A DNA stretch of 64,000 nucleotides from Selaginella moellendorffii (lineage: Eukaryota > Plantae > Lycopodiophyta), in assembly GCF_000143415.4 (NCBI RefSeq), contig NW_003314308.1, positions 1,220,654 through 1,284,653 on the forward strand, given 5' to 3'. A program made the translations under genes and the position numbers. Below are positions 11,677 through 25,183 of this stretch, in pieces; the first letter of the stretch is position 1; the number at the start of each line of letters is the position of its first letter. The notes beneath the pieces were generated by a model. The model had not been told where the DNA came from. It made no database searches and saw only the letters and a program-made list of their open reading frames with translations.

Positions 11677-12561
11677 TAAATCCTTAAAATTATCAATCTC
11701 ATGTTGAGATAGAAGTCTTGCCCAAACAATTTCATTAACAAATCCTGGAAAAGTGGCAGAAGTCGCCATTGGTGGTGACATTGCAACGTTGGCAAATTCT
11801 GATCACCCATATGATACTGCTGCAAAAGTTGCTGCTTTATTTGAATTGGCAAACAGCTGGTGGGTCTTTAGATCTAGGTGGTATGTCCTGACATCACATT
11901 GGCCTGGTATATTGAGGACAATTTTTGCCAAGCTGTTGAAGATTTGTCAGCTGAAGATTCAAAAAGAGACAAGTTCTTTGTAGTTCCTGCTGTACCTATG
12001 GCAACTGAAAAGTGATGTGGTGATAATGTTTGTGGGGTGTTGGTTCATTGCATTTTTTGCATATGAATTTTAAAGTATCAATAAGCCACCCAATAAAACA
12101 TTCATATCTAGGGTTCTTCTTTAATTGCAAGTTGAAAAGAATGATCTGATTAAGTTCTCCAGAATTTTCCATAATAGCAACATCTAGAACATTTTCTCTT
12201 ATTTATTAATTTAATTGATAAAATGAAAGTTTATAATTATAAACATGTTTATAATTTATAAACACAAGATTAATCTTATTGAATATCAACCATTAAATGG
12301 TAGAATAAACTAGAATATACTAAAAAGTGTTTAAATAATAATAGTTATCCTAAAATATCTAAGTCTATTCTAAATATATTCAGGATATATGCTTATGTAA
12401 AACCTTTTGCTTGTGGTGCCAAAAAACCTCCACCACACTTGAAAAGCAGGTTAATGGGCACTGTCTACCGGACCCTGCTACTTGCAAACTCTGCTCCTGA
12501 GCAGTCTTCTTCATTTCCTTCCCGCCATAAAAGGGATCATGCTGCTGTGCAAAACAGAGAA

Positions 12562-14071
12562 ATGGAAGCCCTGTCTATCATCCTAGTGGGAGCAGCTACA
12601 CTAGTTCTATGCTCGCTCTTTGCATCGCGCTTCTTGTATCCGCTTCCACCGGGTCCATGGGGTACTCCACTCTTTGGGCATTTGTACTCGCTCGGGGAAT
12701 TGCCACACCAGACTCTCTCAAAGCTCTCCAAGAAGTATGGCCCGATCATGACTGTCAGGCTGGGAATGGTTCCAGCACTGGTGATTGACTCGCCGCAGTG
12801 GGCACGAGAATTTCTTACAACACATGATATTGCATTTGCCTCTAGGCCTCAGAATACAAACTCGAAGTATTTGTTCTTTAATGGCAGCGACGTTGGGTTT
12901 TCTCCGTATGGTGAGCACTGGAGGAATCTGAAGAAACTCATCACTATGGAGCTCTTCACCGCCAAGAAGATGGAGGTTTTCAAATCTCTACGTGCCAATG
13001 GGATCCTCCGCGTGCTGAAATCCATCGCTGCGGAGGAAGGCAACGTAGTCAGCATAAGGAATTTGCTCTCTATGCTCAACATGAACAACATAAGTCAGAT
13101 GGCTTTCAGCAAGCAAGTAATTGATGATCCAATATTTCAGAGGTTCCTGGCGGTATTGGAAGAGTCACTGGATCTCATGGCAGTCTTTGTTCTTGGAGAT
13201 TTCATTCCATTCCTTAAGTGGTTTGATCCTTACGGTTATGTTGAAAAAATGAAGGCCAACCGTAAAGAAATCAGCGGGATATACCAGATGATTATTGATG
13301 AGCACAAGTTGAAGAGAAAGGAAAATTGCACTCCCACTGATCTCGTGGATATACTCCTCTCACAAGGGGTGGACGAGACCACAATCAAAGGAACGATCAT
13401 GGTAATCACCATTTGTGTGCATTGTAAGTTTCATAAACCCACTCTTTCGAATCTTGTCACAGGGCATGTTCGTCGCAGGAACTGACACATCTTCACTCAC
13501 GTCGGAGTGGGCTCTTACCTCGCTCATAAACAATCCAAGCTGCATGAAGAGAGCCCAGGAGGAGCTCGATAGAGTTGTGGGGCGAGAGCGCCGTGTCCAA
13601 GAAGAGGATCTATCCAGTCTTGTCTACTTGAAAGCCATTGTCAAGGAGACCTTCCGGCTGCATCCGCCCGCGCCGCTTCTGCTGCCACGCGAGTCAACCC
13701 AGGAGTGTACAGCCAAAGGCGGGTACAAAATCCCCAAAGGTACACGACTCATTATCAATACCTGGTCAATCGGCCGAGACCCCAGCCTGTGGGAGTCGCC
13801 TGAAGAGTTCAAGCCCGAGAGATTCCTTGAAAAGTCCATCGATATCAAGGGACAAGACTTTGAGCTCATTCCTTTCGGTGCCGGGCGGAGGATTTGTGCT
13901 GGTTTGCCGCTGGGACAGACCATGGTGGAGCTCACCCTGGCTAGCCTGCTACAAGCGTTTGAATGGAAGACAGACAAAACGCTGGATATGGAGGAGTCTG
14001 AAGGGCTGACAACCAGGATGAAAGTTCCACTCGCAGCACATGTTACATGCAGGACTTCTCTCAAGTTCTGA
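12562..14071 (+). CDS. Cytochrome P450, A-type/CYP71 clan (482 aa; exons 12562-13401, 13463-14071)
   Basis: Membrane anchor + LPPGPW, I-helix [19 protein letters not shown], heme PFGAGRRICAG. Single phase-0 intron just before the I-helix. Confidence 0.95.
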
Positions 14072-16760
14072 ATCTTTGCATATCAGATTTGGTCCTCCTA
14101 TTATAGCTTTGTTGTGAGATGCCAAAGCCTTATCTAATTCATCCTTTGTGTTTAAGATTTTATTATTAGGTTATTCAACTCTGTGTTTTCTTGCAACCAA
14201 AAGTACCACAACACAGCCAGTCCAAAGTTGCGTCGTTGGTCTCCAAGAAACGTGGAAGCTTTGACAACTTCTTGGAGGAGACTCTAGAGTCGCTGCCGAA
14301 AGTATAGGATACAAGCTGCCCCGCCTCCTAAGGTGGAGAACTTTTGCTTGGTTCTGGAAGTGTTGGAAATGACTAACCTCTTGCTCTTGCTTCCGGAACT
14401 CAAGAAATACTTTCTGAGTTATTGGTTGGATCTCAAGTGAACTTGAAAACCAGTTTAGCCTGGAATATAATTTCGAAAAGGATTGAGCGTCCACGACCTC
14501 GCTCACCCACTTGTTAAAGGTCACGGTTTCTCTTACATCATTGAGACGAGGATTTCTGTTTGTTGCTACTCACCGCAAAGGTACCAAGGACAACTTTAGA
14601 GAGGCGACCACTGCAAAGGACGCACTCATTGAGATCGTCGTCTTGTGCAAGTTTTCAGACAATAAGTGCGGAAAAACATTGCGGGGCCACTTCTAAGCTA
14701 CACGAGAAGATTGTGCTGCGCTTGGATTGGCCTCCTAGGACGCGAGAGCTGGGCGCAAAAAGATGAAAAGGATTTGTAGACGAAGACGTGCATGTGGTTG
14801 TGGCAAGCCCAAATCAAGCAATTGCACCTTCCAAAGTTTTCATTGTCGCTTTTCCAGAGTGTGGCCAGAACAACAATGTGAAACTTGTCCCGCATCCCGC
14901 TCTCCAGATGCGAAACAAAAGAAATGGAAGCCAAGGTCATACTAGGAGCAGCCACACTACTAGTTCGTTGTTCTCTGCTTGTATGACTTTTGTTTCATCA
15001 GCGTTCATTAACTCCAGTCTTTGGGCACTCGCTCGGTGAACTGCCACACCAGTCCCTTGTGAAGCTCTCCAAGAAGCTGGGAGTGTTTCCAGCGCTGATG
15101 ATCGACTCAGCGCAATGCGCACGAGAGTTTCTCACACTACACATGAAAAGAATGGGAGCGACAATGGATGGGAAAGAATTATATATAACAAGAGGAGAAA
15201 GGGTCCTAACTCATGACCCTCCAGTGACCATCTAGCCTATGTGAATCTGGAAGGTGGCAAAACATGTGCCACTTGGATGTCATGAGGAGAAAAGCATATC
15301 ACCTCAAGAATACAATATTGCATTTGCCTTAAATACAAACTCGAAATATTTGTTCTTTGGCAGCAGGGGGCTGAATTCTCCTGCTGGTGACCACTGAAAT
15401 ATAGTGACGAAACTGGTCACTCTGGAGCTCTTCACTTCCAAGAACATGGAGGTGTTCAAACCTTGACGTGCTGAGGGGATTCTCCAGGTGTTGAAGTCCA
15501 TCACTCGCAAGGAGGGAGCATATGGAACCGGCTCACTGTGCTCAACGTGAATAACATAACTCAGATGGCTTTCCACAAGCAGGTGATTGGCCATCCAATG
15601 TTTGAGAGGTTCCTGACGGTATTGAAAGAGTCATTGGATCTCGCGGCTGCATTCAATTAGGTTGTAGAAATGATCAACGAGATATACCGGATGGTTCTCG
15701 ACGAGCACAAGTTAAAGAGGAAGGAAACCTACAATGCCGGTCCTTCTGATCTTGTTGATATACTCCCTGCAGAAGGTGTGGACGAGAACATAATCAAAGG
15801 AATGGTCATGGTAACTCATCGTTTTCCTGCCTTCAAAACTTCCAGAACAACTCTTTTTGAATTGAATTCTGTCGCAGGGTATGCTCTTCGCGGGAACTGA
15901 AGAGGAGCTCGATAGAGTTGTGGGACGAGACCGCCATGTGCAAGAAGAGGATCTCGTCTACTGGAATCCGCCAGTGCCGCTGGTGCTGCCACGCGAGTCA
16001 ACGTGAAAGTTACGAGCATAAAGTCCCAAAAGTTTCACAGCTTATTGCCAATATCTGAACAGTTCGGTTCCTCCATTGTCATTGGGGGAAAAGACTTTGG
16101 GCTAACCTATCAGGACTGGGACAGACCATGGTGGAGCTCAACCTTACTAGTCTACTCCAGGCTTTCGACTGGAAAACAGTGAAGGGGATATGGAGGAGGC
16201 TCAAGGGCTTGTTGTGGTGTGAAAAGGGATGAACATAACACTCATGAGCTCGTTCATTGTGTTCCGACTCTTTTTACATGACTTGACTCATGACCACGTG
16301 GACATGCCACGTCAGCTGATCGAGACTGACATCTCGACACTCCATCAGCTGAGAGGATGGACTACCCCTCCCACTCAGCCGAAACAGATGGAGAGCAGAC
16401 TCCCAGTGCAGCACAATGGCGTTCAAAGGAGTCTCGAGCCAAAGCCTTCGTGAGTATATCAGCCACCATTGCCTCGGTGGGGCAATATTCCAGCAACAAC
16501 TTTCCATTTTGGACTTGTTCCCTCACGTAGTGGAAACGAATCTCGATGTGTTTCGTCCGAGAATGGAAGCGTGGATTGGCGGCCAGTGCAAGAGCACTTT
16601 GGTTGTCCGAGAACAGCACCATAGGGCCGGTGCAAGCAGGAATCTGGGGCAGGTCACGGCAGAACTGGGTCAACCAAATCGCTTCTTTGCTGGCAGCGGT
16701 TAGGGCAATGTACTCTGCCTCTGTCGAGGACAGAGCCACCAGCGGCAGCCGCTTACTGAG

Positions 16761-19221
16761 TCTAAGACCACTTGCAATATAGTTTTGTCTTTCCAAGATT
16801 AAGCTATCCATCCATGAGTGATCATCCCATGATTGCACCTTAACATCCTTATAATGCCCCAATACATAAAAAACACCATCCTTCAATATCCTTATTTTGG
16901 TCCCCATTGAATCCCTTTCCGTCAATTGTAGTGTTTGCCAACACTACCACTGGGTCAAAGCCCAAAGGCCCAACCATTAAATTTCTTTGACTTGTGGACT
17001 TTCCTCACCACATGATTATACTTTTAGTCACTAAGCAAGAGGACCATTCCTTTTTTTTTTTATAGTCCAAAACTTAAGGATGACATTTCAAAACACCACA
17101 GCTCAATGCAAGCTTTGTGAGTACTCTCCCCATCTTCTACCACTAGGATGCCCTAACCATATGACTAAAGTGAGGTTTTGATGAGCCACACAATATATCC
17201 AAATAGGTAATGCCAACCACACTTAAATTGGGAGTATTGACCATTTAATATATTGGGGGAGATAAAGTTAATTCTTGAACACTTCACTAAATTACCCCAC
17301 TTGTTTATTTGTGTTTAATTTAGCCTTAAACTCCTCATGGTTATATCATCACCCACTGATGTAGCCATAAAGTGGTGTAAGACCAGGCTTAAGTGGACAT
17401 TGCCAATAGAAATTTACAAACCTTAAAAATATGACCAAGATGAAAAATCAACTCTGAAATATATGGATTGAAAGTAGCATGATATTGATTTAACAATTTT
17501 CCCTTTTTTTAAGTATATTATTATCCTTTTCTAATTTCAATTTCTCACATTTCTTTGTATGAGTTTTGAGATGCTAGCTGTCAAGATCTTCATTCTGTTT
17601 TACATTTATTTTTCATCTAACATTAGCTTCATCTATCATGATTAAATCCACTCTTCCCTTCAAGTATGCCAACTTCAAAGATGTTTGTTGACAAAAGGAG
17701 AGCTAACATTTTGCCATCATATCAATCTTGTGGAGGGGAAATCACCACTATTTTATCTTATCTACAATCTTTAATCAATAGAATTATAGTGTAATATAGG
17801 CATATCTATTACAAATGTGTCTATGCAGTATCAAAAGTTATATATTGGCTTGTCTTTTTGGATATTTTTCTTTTATTACCATGATAGTAGAAGATTGGTA
17901 TTGTTAGACTCTTTATCAATCTCTACCTATGCTAGTTCAGAAACTAGTTAGTAAATGTGTGCTTAGACTGGAAGAACACTAAGAACAAAAATCTTAAACT
18001 ATTATTTAGTCAATTATATTTGATATGGTGATGAGAAACTCATATTATTATATTACACTTGGTAATGTTATGAACCCCAATAGTCCCTTAATATTCCCTT
18101 CATCGAGGAGGCAAATAAGGCTTATGCGAGGCTCTAAATGTATAGTAAAGAGAATGGATAAGTAGGGCATAGTTGAGCAACTTGATATATTGTCTAGCTC
18201 TTTGTTAATCTAGTTTAGGTGTAAGCCCAAACTCCATACTATGCTAGCTAATGAGGTACTTATATCCTTGTGTATAGGCTATTTGTATGTTGAAATAATA
18301 TCAAATTTTGTTTAGCTTTCATTTGTATGCTAATTTTGATCTTAAAAGTTTTAGGACTATTCTAATATTGTTCCATATTCATATTCCTTAGTAATGAATA
18401 TAATATATTGAGATGTTGGTACCCTTGGATGTTGGAAGTAAAATCAAATACATGGAATATTTGGACTAAGTGCCAAGCCAATATAATCTTGAGATTACAT
18501 CTAGGGGTAAGCAAGTACCCTAAGACAAATGAAGAGAGTGAAATTCCTTAAAAAAGTCATAGGTATGGTTATATGACTAAAGTAGAATGAAAAAGCTTGT
18601 CCCTTATAACACGTTTGGACTAAAACTTTTGACTTAAATAGTTCAGAATAGAAATGGAACTTCTAAAGAAGCATTTAAAGGATGAGTATGAAGATATCAA
18701 AGAATGAGCACAAAGTGATTGATAAACAAGTCTTTAAAAAGGGACAAAAGAATGATTAAAATGTGGCAAATGTTATGACACATGGAAGTGTTAAGACTAA
18801 AGTCCTAGAACCTAAGAGCTCAAAGTGGAATGATGTTGGAATTAATTTACCCCATTAAGAAACTAAATGTTTGAAGTGTCAAATATGGAGATATCTTGGG
18901 CTTGATATATCTAGGGTTGCATATATCAAGTTTCTATGGAGGATTCTAGGGGAATTAGTATGACTAAGGAAGGCTATATTCATAATATGAACACAAGGGA
19001 ATTTAAGGCTAAAGTGAATATAAATAAAATGACTTAATGATGTGTTTAAGAGTTGCTAGCTCCTTTAGAAGATTAAATAATTAATGCTACTTATTTAGAT
19101 ACTTTGACTCAAAGAAACCTCACTTTAGCCATGTGGCTAATGTTATTAAGACTTAGTAGATGGGCATTTATGACTTGACCTAGTAGCAATATTCACAAGC
19201 ATTTAATGGGGATTGAAAAAA
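16761..19221. mobile_element. Degenerate LTR-derived insert interrupting the Copia RNase H
   Basis: RNase H ...GAAVS | LSKRLPLVALSS is split. The insert matches the solo-LTR family at 36.8-43.9 kb (e.g. catccatgagtgatcatc) in both orientations. No clear TSD. Confidence 0.75.
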
Positions 19222-22200
19222 GGACACAGCAGCCCCATGGAGCAAGAACGTATACCCGGAGGTAGAGCGCCTTGAGTCCTGGTCGCCCGCCCAGTCCGCA
19301 TCCGAGGACCCATGAAGTTCCTGTGACACAGCAGCGCCATAGTGAAGCTGCAAATGCAAGGTACCTCGAACGTAGCGGAAAATCCGCTTCACAGCTTGCC
19401 AATGTGCAGGTCCAGGGTTCTCGAGGAACTGGGAGACCATCCCAACAGCATAGGCGAGATCTGGTCGCGTTCCCAGCATCAAATAAACAAGACTTCCCAC
19501 AGCTTGACGATATGGCACCGTGGCCATGTACTCTCGTTCTTCCTCCGTGACAGGGGCCATGTCACGGCTGAGTTTGTGATTGACCTCAAGAGGTGCAGCA
19601 TATTGAAGCGTTCCAAGATCTCCCTTGATAATGAGCTTGTGTCAAACTCAAGGTGCATGCTCCTCGATTGCGTATAATTTGGATGCCAAGGAAATGGCGA
19701 AGCTCGCCCAGGTCAGACATCTCAAATTCTTCACTCAGCTTCTTTTTCATCTCGTCCAGCAGGTGGCGGGTTTTTGCACCGAGAATGCAGTCGTCAACGT
19801 ACACAGCAACCAGGAGAAAATCGTCACCACACTTGTACAGCTACACGTTTCCTTCCACTGCAAGAGGAACACACCCCAGGCTCTTGAAGAACGCATCAAT
19901 GCGTTCAAACCAAACCCGTGGGGATTGTTTAAGCCCATACAGGGCGCGATTCAGCTTGCAAACAAGATGTTCCTCACCAGGTTTGACGAATCCAGGTGGT
20001 TGCTTGACGTAGACCTCCTCGTTCAACTTGCCGTGCAGGAAAGCAGTGCGAACGTCCCACTGGTGCAGTTCCAGGTCGTACTTGGCAGCCAGTGCAAGGA
20101 TCACTCGCACAGAGGTCAACTTCACAACTGGTGAGTACGTCTCCATGTATTCCAAACCTGGAATCTGGCTGAAGCCCCGTGCGACAAACCTGGCCTTGAA
20201 CTTTGCTACAGTTCCAGTCTGTACTTGACTGTGTAAATCCATTTCGAGCTCACAAGGTGAGCACCTTCAGGTAAGGTTGTCTTTGTCATTGTATTGTTTC
20301 GCTCATGCGAATGCATTTCAGCATTCATGGCTTCTCGCCACTGGGCAGCATGAGGTCCAGCTAATGCCTCGTCAACATTCGCTGGAATGGGGATTCGCTC
20401 TGGATTAGCAGCCACGAAGTTAGCCTGGTGCGTTCCTTTCTTTTTAATTTTTCCAAAACTAAAGAAGGGACGAGATTGCTCAGCTTCCAGTTGCAGCCTC
20501 GATGGTACAGGAACTCGAGCAGAGCGCCGTGGTTCAGGACGTGCTGGAGGGTGGATCACAGGTGGTGGAACAAGTGGAGAGTCTGGGAGAGCTCCCACTG
20601 AAGTTGGCGACCTGCTTCCAGCTCCCACTGAAGGTGATGATCCACGTCCAGCTCCCACTGAAGATGAGCCGAGGAAGAACTCAGGAGCAGCTTGAAATTC
20701 CTCGTCGCCCTCGAAGTAAGTGTTCATCAGCTCTTCAGAGAAGTTAGGTGTTCTCACTGGAGGAGATTCTTGCAGAGGCGTAACTGGAGGGCGTGGTGGC
20801 AGTGCTGGAAGAACCACCACGTTACCACCAGCAGGAGCAAGAGGCAGCAACGGGACTTGAGAAGGAGCTGTAATCACGTGAACTGTGTCCACCCCATGGA
20901 AGTAGGAGCAGGAACTTCAGCGTGATTCTTGTACAGCTTGCTCTCATCAAAGAGCACATCCCGTCTTTCCAGCAAAGTCTTGCGCTTGAGAGAATAAAGG
21001 CGATAGCCTTTCATGCCTTCCAAATATCCCAGGAAAATGGATGGCTCAGCCTTTGACTCCAGCTTTCGGCGTTGCTTGCATAGGCGAAACAGCCAAAAAT
21101 GCGGAGATGATCATAACCAGGTGCGTGACCAGTCCAAAGCTCATAAGGAGTGGTCTTCCCAGGCAGCGCACGTGTTGGCAACCGGTTTCGAACATAAACA
21201 GCCGTGTTAACTGCCTCTCCCCAGAAAGCAGCCGGCATTCCTGCGTGAAGCAGCATACAGCGTGCAGCTTCTATGATGGTGCGATTCACCCTCTCGGCAG
21301 CACCATTCTGGGCATGTGCATCAGGGACAGCATACTGGCGCTGGATCCCAGCTTCAGCACAAAACGTCTCGAATTCTCCAGAGACGAATTCTCCTCCACG
21401 ATCACAGCGGAGCACACGAACTAAACAGCCGTGTAGATTTTCTACCAAAGCCTTGTATTGGCTAAAACAGGAGAACACTTCTGACTTATGAGCCAGCAGA
21501 TACACGATCAGGTACCGCGTGTAATCATCCAGGAAGGTGACTACGTAACGTTTGCCTCCCAAAGATTCAACCATAATTGAACAAACGTCCGAGTGTACCA
21601 ACTCAAGAACAGAACTTGCTCGAGAATGAGAAATCTGTGGAAAAGGAAAAACGTGGTGTTTTCCACCAACACAAGTTTCGCAAAAGAGGCGCCACAGGAA
21701 CATCCACCTTTTTGAGCTGTTGCTCGTTCACGTGACCAAGGCGCTGGTGCCAGGTTGCAAGTGTCGGTGGAACCCGAGCCATCAGCGCCACAGGTGGAAG
21801 GATCACGTGAGCATCCAGGCGGTAGAGCGTATCAACTGGAACTCCAAAAGCGACCTTGTCTCCAGTCTCGGCATCCAGCACGAACGCTCCCTGTGCTGTG
21901 AACAGAGTATCGAAGCCTACTTGAGCAGCAGTTCCAATCGACAGCAGCGTGTGTGTAAGTCCCGGAACATAAGACACAGGATAGATCTCCCGGATTTCTC
22001 CAGAAGAGAGCTGAACCCTGATTGTTCCTTTGCCTAGTACGTCGTGAGCAGAGGAGTCACCGAGTCCCACGGCGTCACTCTCACACGGTTCTTGGTAGGA
22101 AGCCATGGGCGTCATATGGAATGACGCTCCAGAATCCAGCCACAGCTCTGGTCCGAGCACGGGCTGGTGGCTGCTGCTTGCAGAGCGAGCCATCAAGAGC

Positions 22201-23460
22201 TTACGAGGAGTCCCAGAGCCCTTGTCTTTGTTTCCTTTGTCTTTGTTCTTGGCAGCTTTAGCACGATCAGCTTTCTTCTTCTTGCAATCCCTCGCCAAGT
22301 GTCCAGGTTTGTGGCAATAGTGACAAATGCCACGAAAACCAGTGTCGTTCGGCTGAGCTTGAGAGGACGAGGATGATCCTCCCGCAGCGCCAGCATAAAG
22401 CAAGGAAGATTTGGCTGAGGGCATCGCTTCTTTCTTCTGCGTTCCTCTCCAATTAGGGCACCCACGACTTGATCAAAGTTCATGGCCATGTGAGATAGAA
22501 GAGATGCGAGCGTGCTAAACGCAGGCGTGACGGTTGCAAGCAGCAACGCCCTGGCGCGATCGTGACAGGAGGCCCAGCACCAGTCAATTCAGCCATTAGC
22601 CCTCGAATCCGTCCCACGTACACAGCAATGGTTTCACCTGTTTCCATGTGAAGCGCCAAGAGTTGTTGATTCAGCAGCATGGAAGAATTTGCGGCTTGGG
22701 CCACGAAGATCGTGCGAAGCGACGTCCAGATTTCCGGTCTTGGTGAGATCAATCAGCGGCAAGAATTCATCGCTCAATCCCAAGCTAATGAGGGTGATGG
22801 CTTGCTGATTGCGAAAATCCCAATCTGATTGTAGCGTCTGCTCAGCGGGACGAGGTTCAGTCCCATCAACGATGTTCCACGCCCGTTTTGCAGAGAGAAT
22901 CAGCCTGATTCTTGTCGCCCATGTGAAGAAATTCGTGCCACTGAATTTCTCCACCTTCTCTGTGGAAGCCAACCGGTGGCGGTGGCGGCGGCAGCAGCGG
23001 CGGTGGTGGTGGGGGCGGCAGAGGTGGTTAAGGATCATCCCCGAAATCCAATACCATGTTGTGGTGTGAAAAGGGATGAAGGACTTCCCGGGTAGGGCGA
23101 GCACGTTCCCGCCCAGAACGGGCGAGCCGGGCATTGCTGGGCATTAGCCTGGTGAGCATGGAACGTGCGAGCCCGTGCCCGGGAACGACCTTAATGGGCT
23201 ATGGCGAAACCATTAATGGACACATGGAAGAATGTTATTCAAGGATGAGAGGGTTCTCCAAAATTGGCAGTTGGTAACCTAATTCTCTAGAACCTAGCAG
23301 TTGGCAATTAGGTTCTGGAGAACCTGGCAATTGTCAACCTGCAGAGAATTTAACTCGATCTGACAGTTGCTAATGGTTGAATTAAGTTAATAGGCAAGCC
23401 ACAGCCCGTTAAGGACATAACACTCATGAGCTCGTTCATTGTGTTCTGACTCTTTTTACA

Positions 23461-23505
23461 TGACTCAAGGGACATGACTCATGACCACGTGGACATGCCA
23501 CGTCA
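23461..23505 (+). promoter_or_regulatory. bZIP-site cluster (TGACTCA x2, CACGTG, CCACGTCA) in the Copia LTR, 120-160 bp upstream of UGT copy 2
   Basis: Motifs read directly from tgactcaagggacatgactcatgaccacgtggacatgccacgtca. Function untested. Confidence 0.45.
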
Positions 23506-23622
23506 GCTGATCAAGACTGATATCTCGACAGGGCTGACCACCAAGATGAAAGTGCCTAGAACTCGAAGTCCTCTTGATAAACATAAACTAGCATATACCT
23601 GATTCTGCAATAGTTTTTCGTC

Positions 23623-25183
23623 ATGGATTCCCAACAAGCCCACATCTTGGCATTCCCTTTCCCAGCGCAGGGCCATATCAATCCTATGATGTTGCTGTGC
23701 CGGAAGTTTGCCTCGATGGGAATCGTCATCACCTTCCTCAACATTCGCAGCCGCCACAACAATCTGGAAGAGGGCGATGATCAGTTCAGGTACGGTTGTG
23801 AGAGTTTCTTTCCTCCCCGCAAGATCTATTTGGAACCCAGGTTTGTGAGCATCTTGGATGAGTGCCTACCAACGGGAAGGTTGGGAAACAACGTGATGAA
23901 GTATCTTATGGCTTTGGAAGAAGGAATGAGGGGTGAATTTGAGCAGATAGTGGCGGATCTCACGGCCGACTCCAGTCGCCCTCCATTGACTTGCATCCTC
24001 TCCGATGCTTTCATGAGCTGGACTCACGATGTAGCCAGCAAGTTTGGAATCTGCCGTGCAGCGCTCTGGACGAGCTCTGCAACTTGGGCTCTCTTGTCTC
24101 TACGCATCCCATTGCTCAGGGATAACGGAGTCCTGCCAGTGAATGGTAGGCCGAGAAATCTTTCGTTTTTTTTGGTTATAGATCCGTATGTATTCCACAG
24201 GGATTCGAAGTAGCAAGATCCTAGACTTTGTACCCGGACTTCCACCAATCCCAGCACGGTTTCTTCCGGAGACGCTGCAGCCCGATGAGAAAGACCCGGA
24301 CTTCCGGTTGAGGATTCGAAGGAATAGTGTCATGCAGAAGGACGCGTGGGTGCTGCTCAACTCGGTCTACGAGATGGAGCCATTGCAGCTGGAGGAGCTT
24401 GCCAGCAGCGACAATCTGCACTTCATCACCGTCGGGCCCTTGCAATGCCTTATGCAACCGTCGAAGGAACATGCTTCTCAGTGGCAGCAGGATCGAAGCT
24501 GCCTGGAATGGCTGGACAAGCAAGCTCCGGGCTCGGTCGTCTACATCTCGTTTGGAAGCTTGGCCATCCTATCATATGATCAGGTGGAGGAGATACTGAC
24601 CGGGATGGAGAAGAGCGGCCATGCATTCTTGTGGGTCATCCGGCTTGACCTTTTCGAAGGCGAGGAGATCCGAGCCAAGTTCCTGGAAAAGATCAGTCTT
24701 ATAGATCGAGGTATTGTCATCCCATGGGCTCCTCAACTAGAGGTTCGTTTTATCATTTGATGATTCTCTAGGTGATCAACATTGAAATTAAGAATCCCTC
24801 CCCAGGTACTACAGCATCGATCCGTGGGAGCGTTTCTCACTCACTCTGGATGGAATTCCGTCATGGAGGCACTTGCAGCTGGTGTTCCACTGCTGTGTAA
24901 GCCTTGCTTTGCCGATCAGATCCTAAACACCGCTCTTGTGGTGGATCACATCAAAGCTGGCCTTCGTGCCACCAAGCCAGACGATGACAAAGAGGTGAGT
25001 TCAAGCCGCATTCACGAGGTGGTGAGTTTTGCCATGGGAGATGACGGGGCTGAGCTCAGAGAAAGAGTTAAACGGTTGGGTCAGACTCTGGCAGAAGCAG
25101 CCGAGCATGGAGGATCCTCGTTGTTAAACTTGCAAGCTTTCTGCCAGGACATGAAACATAGACAGGCTTCCAGAGTAGAATGA
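23623..25183 (+). CDS. UDP-glycosyltransferase, copy 2 (about 10 aa differences from copy 1, frame intact)
   Basis: Same four-exon structure and PSPG box as 10115-11676. Confidence 0.93.

Larger units (their letters stand above)
8206..14394 (+). repeat. Tandem segmental duplication, copy 1 (CYP pseudogene - UGT - CYP)
   Basis: ccggaactcaagaaatactttctgagttattgg starts at 8206 and 14393. The unit ends gactaacctc..ttgcttcc at ~14394 and ~27479. Confidence 0.9.
16210..23530 (-). mobile_element. Ty1/Copia LTR retrotransposon (frameshifted), TG...CA ends, 5-bp TSD GGGCT
   Basis: LTRs 16210-16339 and 23057-23530. TSD 16205-16209 / 23531-23535. PBS-like TGGTATTGGA next to the 5' LTR. gag EKFSGTNF..W, CCHC knuckle CHYCHKPGHLARDC, protease LDSGAS, integrase LVHSDVC, RT KARFVARG / LYGLKQ / YVDD, RNase H DADWAGD / STEAEY / DNQSAL, in Copia order. 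Confidence 0.96.
15013..23558 (+). pseudogene. Second copy of the CYP pseudogene, split at its 3' end by the Copia element (15013-16209 + 23536-23558)
   Basis: Matches 8850-10050. The uninterrupted ggctcaagggctgaccaccaag of copy 1 is split here at GGGCT. Confidence 0.88.
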
